A DNA stretch of 63,996 bases, filler included, from Rhabdomonas costata (Eukaryota): NCBI GenBank assembly GCA_019059605.1. It is 15 parts of 15 records of this genome, joined end to end, with 100 filler letters (N's around TTAATTAATTAA, not from the genome) between each part and the next. Parts side by side here need not be neighbours in the genome. Positions count along the whole stretch, not along the records: positions 51,490 to 55,653 come from JAHMHO010000332.1; positions 55,754 to 59,924 come from JAHMHO010000333.1; positions 60,025 to 63,996 come from JAHMHO010000419.1; 12 more parts are not named here. One strand, given 5' to 3'. The translations under genes and the position numbers were made by a program. How positions within the stretch are numbered: position 1 is the first letter of the stretch; each line of letters starts with the position of its first letter. Shown one piece after another: positions 55,391 through 63,996 of this stretch. Below the pieces are notes generated by a model. That model did not search any database and had not been told where the DNA came from. It saw nothing but the letters and a program-made list of their open reading frames with translations.

Positions 55391-56146
55391 GAAGGTTGGG
55401 TGCCGTTCCCTGATTACCTAAATCATGGGCACACGAGCATCCTTGACGAGGAGCCAATAACGACATTCCCCGAAAAAAAGAAAGGAGGGTTTCAGAAAAG
55501 ATGAAAATTCAGAAGAATTCATAACTCCCCCCATTCCCTATGCACCACAGGTCAAAGACCTTCTTGATGTTTGTGTGGGTTTGGAGAGTGGGGAGGGTGG
55601 AAGGTACAAAGGGATCTTCCACCCTCCCCACAACCCCAAATACACCTAACACANNNNNNNNNNNNNNNNNNNNNNNNNNNNNNNNNNNNNNNNNNNNTTA
55701 ATTAATTAANNNNNNNNNNNNNNNNNNNNNNNNNNNNNNNNNNNNNNNNNNNNTTTTGGTTTTCAGTGGAGAGTTTGTTTTGCAACTCTTGCTGCAGAGG
55801 AGTAAAGCACACAAGCCGAAACATGGTCCTCGACCCACCATCTGTGGGATGTACTGGTCATGGGCCTTTATATAATAATGTTTCCAAATATCCCTTGGCC
55901 GAAACTATTTCTCTCGTAATGAAGTGATCTGTCGGAATGGAAACGGTAACCAAGTGAAACATTTTAGTTTTCTGTTCGATAATGCAACACACACACACAC
56001 CAAAAGAAAAGCTCCAAGCTCGAAGTTGTGCCCGCCTGTTTTGACGGTTGCTGCGTCTGTGTGCTCTGCATTCTCCGCGCGGCTTGTGCATTACACAATA
56101 TACGTCAGGGAGTATTTTTGTTGTCATTTTGTTATTTTGGTTCTCA

Positions 56147-59100
56147 ATGGAGGAAGAAGAATACGAGCCTTGTGTGGAGTTTGACTATGAAGCCATGCTG
56201 GCAACGGTTTTTGATGATGAAAACGGTGCTGCTGCTCATGATGATGGGTCGGACTTCGCCATCTCAACTTCTTCCAGAGTGCAGGGTCTTCCCACACCGA
56301 CTCCAACGGCAAGAATAACACCTGCACCTGAAGTTCAACAACTGACTCCGGTCCACGGTACCTGTGATGGTTGCGGGCGCGACAGAAAAGTGGTGACGCT
56401 TTCCAATGAAAGCGTGGAAACCGGCTTTTTTGATGGTCTTAGCCTTCGGCAGGCCGAAAAGCACTTTATTCGCAGGCAGAAAGTTTTTCGCTCTCCGCGG
56501 GTATGGAGGCCCATTTTGGATTTCTTTATGAAGTGTTTCACTGCACACAGTTTAATCCCCTCCGCTGTCTATTTTCCTTAGGGACGAGAGCCACTCTACT
56601 GCTCGCAGTGTTACGCTTACCAATGCTACTGCCCTTCACAGCTGAATGCTAATGAGAAGAGAACTCTCCTATGGCCCTCCCTCGTCGGCTATGAATTACA
56701 GGGCGAAAACGCGATGGTTTATTGGAGATGCTTGCCACCTACCCTTCGAAAAGAATGGGCCCACAGTTTCCCCAGGTTACCTCAAGGTTTTCCAGGTCCA
56801 TTGAATGGTGCTATTCGTTGCTTAGTCCTGACCAACGTCACCCTTTTCAAGGAAGTCGCTGCGCTACCATGGGATACCAAGTGCGCATCCTGCCGATCGG
56901 TTCTTATTAATGGGGAGCACGACCACCTACCTTTACATATGTTTGACGAGGGGGACTGGATCAGCGGATCATGGTCATTCAAGCGAGCTCTTGCCCCAAG
57001 CTGGGAAACACCCTCAAAAACGGTGATTGGTCCGATTTATACCCGCTTTTTCCAGATGAACTTCGAGCTACACGTTGCCGTCTGCAACGACTGCGCCGAT
57101 GCTCCGGGAAAAATTCCTTTCTTGAGTGTAGTTTGGCCACAGGAACTTCAGTTCAAAACTCCCGGAGCGATGGTTTTGCCAACCACAACCAATTTTGGAT
57201 GGATGCGCCCTGTCCGCTTGCACGACCAGTTCGTAAAAGCAATGAGACCCTGGTTAGTGCTGAAGCCTTTTCAACGAAGCCTCCAAGTATCCCAGTTTCG
57301 GAAAACAAGCGGCGTCCGGCTGCAGTGGCCGCTCGTTGGATTTATCCGCTTCACTTGCACCCCTCTCCAGGCGGTTGCGTTACCGCTTTGGTGCACGCGA
57401 TAATGGCGACAAAGTTTTTTTGCCAATGGCACTGCCTCATCACCTGAGCTGAGCGCACTGCGCACTGTGCTTCTCACGCTATGGGACGAAGTCATGCCAA
57501 CACTGGAGATCTGGAAAGAAATGATCAGAAAGGTTAATGTTCACGATGTTAGTGCTTCGGGTGTTACGGAAAAGCTCATGTGCTGATGGACCCCACTGTT
57601 TTCCCTTGCCGTGTGGTTGTCCGGCTCCAACGCGAATGCACTACAAGGGCCTCACACGCTTGCAATGCTGTTTGTTCCATTACAAGATCAATGATGGTTG
57701 TTGACGAAAACAAGAATCCACCGGAACAGGAGCGACAGGAAGATGTCATGCCTTCGATTTTTCGGACCTTTTTGTCAACTTTTCCGCTTCCCACTCAAGA
57801 CTGCCCATCCTGTACCATGCGGCGGAACCTTCTTACTAGCACACTGATCTGCATTTCGTGGACTCCGTCCGTTGCAGTCACGTTCGAGCCCAAGGTGATG
57901 ATCATGCAACACTACATTCTGTCGGCCATTCTGTCGAAGAAAGGGACGCATTGGAGCTGCCTGTGCACGGGGCGCAACATAAAAGGGGAACTTGTCTGGT
58001 ACTCGTGTTCGCAGAACTTCGTTGACGAGGTGGGTGCGCTTCTGCCACCTCTCGCGTCTGATGTAGGTAGGCCGTGGATATTTTTTTACAGTCGACCTGA
58101 GAGCGTTCAACATCCCACCGCGCCGGATTCCATGCCAAATACACGCAAAGAATGTGACAGCAGCGGGGACAACACCAGCGACTCTTCTGCAGCGGAAAGC
58201 ATTCTTTCCGATGGCTTGCGCAACTCGATGGATTTGCAAGATGCCGTCGATTTTTTGCCATGTGCTTCAGTCAACCCAGACTCCGGCAGCGACTCAGATA
58301 CTGCGGACCCGACGGAGGTTCCGTTCGTCACAAACTGTTTGGAATTCACTTCCAGCGGATCCAAACACCCTTTACACATTCTGATTGGCAACCTCTCTCA
58401 CTTGAATGTGTCGACAAGAAACACGCCTAATTGGGTTCGAGCCTTTGTCAGCAATGTAACTAGCAGATTTCCGGCCTTGCCAAGGGCGGGAGATTACCTC
58501 GAGGCCTTTCTGTTTCCATATCATTTCCCTGTGAAGTCAGAGAACCACTTTCCTGGATGTCTTCCTCTCAGTCTCTACAGCAGGAAAAAGGCCACAACTA
58601 ACTCCTTCGTTGTTTTGGTACGGTATGTTCGGCAAACGCTGTCGGACACGGAAAGCACTCGGGCTGCAGACCCTACCTGGTGGGGGTATGCATTCAATAC
58701 CCTGCTGCTGGCGGCAATGACAGAGGACTCCTCTCCAAAAGTGGTCAAGCGTGGAATGCAGACGGCATTGCAAGACTACTGTTCGCAGATTGAGTATGAT
58801 GCCCGTTTTGGGGATTGCCTTAGGCCAAGTCTCTTGTACGACGAGCAACAAGCCCATCGTAATGTCAACAGACTCAGCGCAGCAATGAAGGATGAGGGGA
58901 TTTCCAACTATTTTGTGACTGTGTCATGCAATCAGCCTCGTTTCTCTGGAGTGAAAGAAGTACACAGCCACCTTGCTGGGGCTGGGGAAAGGTCCGACCT
59001 CGCCGCCTACGCGGTGTTTTTTGCAAAAGCATGGCACCGCGCTGTCCACCTTCTGTTCGACTGGATTCAAAATGGGGAGGAAAAACCGTTCGGCGAGGTC

Positions 59101-59924
59101 AGGCATTACTGGGGGCGTCACGAATTTCAAACTGACGTGGGCAACTTTAGCCACGTACATGCGTTCATCTGGACAGAGGAGACATTCGTCGGGAATTCGA
59201 TGTGCCCCATAAACTTTGCTGCGGACTCCAAAAAGGCACTCTCCAGAATCACCGCAACAATTTCAAATGCATTTGACCACATCCTCCGAGGCGAGGAACT
59301 GGAAAGGCTGGCCTGGAAAATCCAAGTGCACAGCTGCTCTCCGAAATGCCTGATGGATGACGGGTCCTGTCGTTTTGGGGTGCCATTCCCTACGCACGAT
59401 GCGGACAAGTTCGTCCCTATTCCCGTTGAAGTGCCAGCTAACGCTCAAGAATTTCGCATTCAGTGTGAACTTGCCACCCGAGATCCAGTGACTGGAAAAG
59501 TGGCGTTGCTCCCTGTCCTGAGCGGCGGAAGGCATTGCGCATCCCGTGGATATGGCTGCGAAAAGGTAAGCCAGTTTAGTCCTAAAACGTTCGCTGCGAC
59601 GGAATCTCACATGAACGCCCAGGTTTGTGACAACAGGTTTGTGGCCTCGTACTTGGTCAAGTACAGCGCTTCAGAGGAAGAGCGGTGCATTGCAAAGATC
59701 CATCAGAGATCGTCCACGACGTGTTCGGTGACACAACAGATCTCAAAAAACGCAAGAGGACAGCAGCAGCTTCTAGTGACGCACCACATGAAGGAGATCT
59801 GATTTCATCAGCCGAGATGCTCACCATTTGCCTCGGTCTGCCTCTCGTCTTTTCAACGCTGGAGTTCGTTCACGTCAATACAGGCCCAATGGAAAACCGT
59901 TTTGTCACTTTGAGGCGAAGAGTT
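56147..59924 (+). mobile_element. Helitron-type rolling-circle transposon, N-terminal region and Rep domain, frameshifted and truncated by contig end
   Basis: ORF 57580-59802 has HUH Rep motifs YFVTVSCN (about 58909), FGEVRHYWGRHEFQTDVGNFSHVHAFIW (about 59089-59172), QVHSCSPKC...CRFGVP and YLVKY (about 59650). A frameshift then continues into LISSAEML-x3-LGLPLVFS-x2-FVHVNT. Upstream ORF runs 56147-57403. The helicase would lie beyond the contig. Confidence 0.85.
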
Positions 59925-61659
59925 NNNNNNNNNNNNNNNNNNNNNNNNNNNNNNNNNNNNNNNNNNNNTTAATTAATTAANNNNNNNNNNNNNNNNNNNN
60001 NNNNNNNNNNNNNNNNNNNNNNNNTGGCCCGTTAGGAGGAGAGCGGGAGACTTGGGGATAAACACAAGACATGAAGTTGACCACAGGCCAGAAACAGTAG
60101 GTTACGTTAGCCCAACAGTTACAACCCTGGACCATGGGGTCAGTCTCAGAGACGATAGTTTGCCCGTTTGGCAACATCTGAGAGTGAGACAGCACAAAAT
60201 GCGCCCAATGAGTCCTTGTACGCCTGTGGTTTCCGAGGGGTGGTGACCGCGGCAGCAGAAGACTCTCGCAGCTGATTTCCAAAGGAGGGGTGCGTGACCT
60301 GAGAGGAAGAGGAAAACAATGAGAACGCTTCCAGACGCATCCAGTAAAACCATCCCAACCTCAGCTCTCAGCCAGCACACCTTGGCTACTCGCCTCAGGT
60401 CATCCACAGCGTGTTTCCAGCGGCAGAGATGCATTGGCCGAGATCCACAAACGGAAGAACCCATGCACGACATAGCATGGGCATATGCCAGTCGCCGACA
60501 AACATCTAGCCGGTAACCTTCCTGTGAAAAATGGGCAACGAAAGGGTTGCATTCTGCTGCACAGTGCTCCTCAAGATCATAAAAGGCAAGGAATAAAATA
60601 AATGCTGCACAACAGCAAAGGCACGCACCTAGCGGTCAGGGCTCGGCGCCTCCACGGAGTGTTCAAAAGACTCTTCAAACAAGGCGCAGAAACCAGCCGC
60701 CAGCATCCCTGCTGTGGTTTGCTGTCTTGGCATATGTGTGTGCACCCCCCCCAGCCCCCGTTTCAGCACTACCACTGCACTCGGTGGCCACGTTCTCAAC
60801 GTAGTATGGCAAGGTGGCGCACAGAAGGAACTGACTCCAGACGCCGGATCGAACAGAACTGACGCCAGATCGAAAACAAAAAAAGGGGGGACCCGCACTA
60901 GCAAAGAATGATGATTGGGGAAGTACTCACAGAGAGGGAGCGTACAGGCACCGGATACTTCTCGGCGGCTGGTGCCTGGTTTGCTTAAAGTCCGAATATT
61001 GCAAGAAGGGGTCGAAAGGAAACAACAACAAACGAGGAAAAAAGGAAATGATCCCCACAAAACCCTCCAAAACTTCACGGGGAAAAAACACTCACCTTAG
61101 TGAACTCTGCTAAAAGCGTCTTGTGACGTTAGCCCGGGTTAATTTTTTATGATGCACTTCACCAACATCTTGCATCACAATTTGTCTCTGACCTCACAAG
61201 GAGGCCAAAGAGGAGTCGAGATGCTTTCCAAAAGAAATCGGACACAAACAAAAACATAGGGTCTCTCGTTCCACCCTCTCCAAAACGAAAAACGGATGCA
61301 GAGCGCCACAGAACGGGCATGGCAGCTGTCTCAAAATCCAAGAGGCCTTCAGTCCGATGCCAAAAACAACCTGAAAAAAGGAAAGGAATTCGCAGGAGCG
61401 ATAACCCCCACCAAATGCAGAAGGTTATGTAAACAACCCACAAGACGTGAGCACCTCAGTCGCTGGCGTTCAGTTCTCCACAGAGTGTAGCACCCCTCCA
61501 ATGGACCAGTGCTGAGTCGCGACGTGGCGCAAGCGTTATGTTCCGGAAGTCGGCGGTAAGACTGCCTCAGCCATGTCTACCTCAGCCAGGTTTTCCCCAT
61601 ATTCACGCGCCAGTGCTGCGGCCGCCACCCTCATCTACAAAGCGCCCAAGGTTGTATAC

Positions 61660-63600
61660 CCTGTGCAGGTAGGAGTCGGCGTCATCAGGCATGTCGTAGT
61701 TGACAACAATGTTCACCCGCTCGATGTCAATGCCACGCCCAAACAGGTCCGTCGAGACCATGATTCGGCTCTTGAAGTCCTTGAAGTTGGCGTAGGTCTG
61801 GATTCTGCCAGGAAAGCGCGTCGAGCTGTTTTAATATCACCATTCACCATAAGCCCTGAAACAGAGATGCTCCCATGCCTACCTTTGATCCTGGTCCATC
61901 CCAGAGTGAATGCACGTTGCCGGGAACTGGCACTCTTTGAGCAGCTCGGTGAGAGCTTTTGCACGTTGCACGGACTTCACAAAGATCACCACTTGGTTGA
62001 ATTCCTGTGGAGTTCACGAAAAGAACCACTGCCGTCACCATGCCACACCACCAAGCGGAGGCCCAACTGTTCAGGGGAGATCCTCCAGCAGACTTCTCCT
62101 TGCCCCCAACACTGGTAGGAGGCAGAAATTACCGCAGCCAAGGATAAGGGACCAGGACAGCTCGAGCATAGAAAAAGCCCATTCCCAAAGCTGCTCCAAC
62201 ATCGAACTCGAACCCGCGGAAAGGTGTTGGCCGTGTGGAAGTGACACAGGTAAAACGGGAAAACGGTCACGGGAGCTTGTGGGTCCCCGCTGAAAGAAGC
62301 GCGCGCGAGGATTTGGGAACCAGCGCATCCAGGAGGTCGTTGAGCTTCCGGTTCTTCCCACTGTCAGGGATCTTGATGAGGTACTGCTGCAGCCCGTGCA
62401 GGGTGAGCTTGCTGTCCGAGTCCACGTAAATCTCCACAGGCTGACACGACACGAAAGCCCAATAAATCGCATTCAAAACTGCGCGTTGTGAGTGCAAAAT
62501 ATATGAAAACACAGGCAAAACTCACAGCCGCGAACATCGACGTACATTTTGCATGAACCGCTTGGCAGTTTCTCGAACGTCCTTCGGCATTGTGGCCGAG
62601 TACATCATGACCTATGCGAGCAAAGCGGAAGAATGACGATTACAGGAACCCGATCCAGAATGAAGCGGTGCCTCAATGTTGCAACTTTGCTCGCAAGCAC
62701 GTCAAAAAGGCACGGGGCAGGCAAGAATGAAAGTTAGAAAATAAAATGGAGAAAGGCGCAAGGAATTTGGTGGTGAGCACCTGCTTATTCTTCGGGGTCT
62801 TCAGATAAATCTCCTGGACGTCGCGCCTCATCTCCAGTGCCTCCAACATCTTGTCACACTCGTCCAAGATGAAGTACCGCAGCTTGTTCAGCTTCAGGGT
62901 GTCCTGCTGTGCCAGCTGTGAGTTGAATGTTGCATCATCAATGAACCCCATGCAACCTGGGTCAGAACGGGGAACGTGGAGCGGAGGAGCTGAAAACAAT
63001 GCAAACCTGGAGAATCCTCCCGGGTGTCCCTACAACGATGTTGGGGTAGTTATCTGATTTGGGGTTCAGGCGCTCTTTGTCCTTCGCCAATGCCACGCCG
63101 CCGTAGAAGACGGCGCACTTCGCGTAGGGCAGGTACTTGCTGAACCGCTGGAATTCGTTGCTGATCTGGAAGGCAAGCTCGCGGGTGTGGCACAGCGCGA
63201 GACAGTGCACGAACTTCTCTTCGGTCTCCTCAAGTTGTTGGAGTACAGCAAGCACGAATACGGCTGAACGACAGGTGACGCGCAGATGAAGGTCAATCAC
63301 GCAAAGAAAAACGACAAACAACAGAAGAAAGGAAAGTCAAACCTGTTTTTCCCATTCCAGATTTTGCTTGGCAGATCAGATCCTGGCCTAAAATGGCCTG
63401 GGGTATGCACTGGTGCTGCACTGCGAAAGAAAAATATTCCAAAGTCCTTTCCAGGTTTGTGAAATTTTCTCACACTTTTAGGCAAACAAGGAAGACCTTC
63501 TGAAGGATGCTCAAATCCATAATCTTGGACGGCACGGTTCAGTTCAGGCTTCAAAAGGAAGTCACGGAAACCGGAAATGTGTACACCGGTGTGTGTTTGC
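61660..63600 (-). CDS. SUB2: DECD-box RNA helicase UAP56/SUB2 (DDX39), partial
   Basis: Eight GT-AG exons giving [89 protein letters not shown] and YLHR. Confidence 0.97.
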
Positions 63601-63996
63601 CTAAAAACAACGCAGACTGGAAGTCAGCAACACGCGTTATGAAAAGGAAATCTAAAAGGAAACCTTCTACTTTTGGGAATTGTGACTTTTCCTCCGATCG
63701 ATTACTCAGGGTATTCAATATTCTTCGGTTTCCTTTCACCAAGACGTCTCCTTTTGCTCCCTTGTTTGATTGGAAACTCGAGAGCAACCACCCCTGTAAC
63801 AAGGGAGCCGGCTGGGTGGTAGGGAGCGGATGAAATCGGTGCCATTCCGAAGCCTCAGAGTTAAAAAGCTCGTTTTGCAATCATTGTTATCAAGGCAGGT
63901 TGGTCATCAGAAGCGCTCACAACGCAGAAAAATGAAGAATGAAAGACTTCCAGCGGCAAAAAGCCCAGCTTTCCTGAATGTGGCCCAACAACAACA

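Noticed and set aside
60025-61659. Missing final UAP56 exon (VGRAGRFG) and several donor-like sites as regulated alternative splicing
   Set aside because: The exon may simply lie beyond the contig edge, and there is no transcript evidence.

Overview
This window is not one locus. It is 15 unrelated contigs of about 4.2 kb joined by artificial N44-TTAATTAATTAA-N44 spacers, plus one internal N gap at 27946-28571. Contig ends carry G/T-rich 5' and A/C-rich 3' tails, and two start with fold-back inversions, which suggests whole-genome amplification. The organism is an intron-rich flagellated eukaryote, probably a euglenozoan (inferred from the short DHFR-TS junction). Recognisable GT-AG spliced genes are CSE1, a claudin-like tetraspan protein, CutC, an XRN exoribonuclease, a histidine-phosphatase-family protein, RPB4, DHFR-TS, ATP12, a zinc-finger protein, CFAP77 and UAP56/SUB2. 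Three contigs look like selfish DNA. One is a Helitron-type Rep element with a probable USP-like domain and an intron. The other two are diverged copies of an unclassified repeat encoding a Maelstrom-like DEDD nuclease. One of these (42752-46939) carries the pentamer CAGAG about 60 times on one strand and, by eye, never on the other. That element is the most unusual signal in the window.
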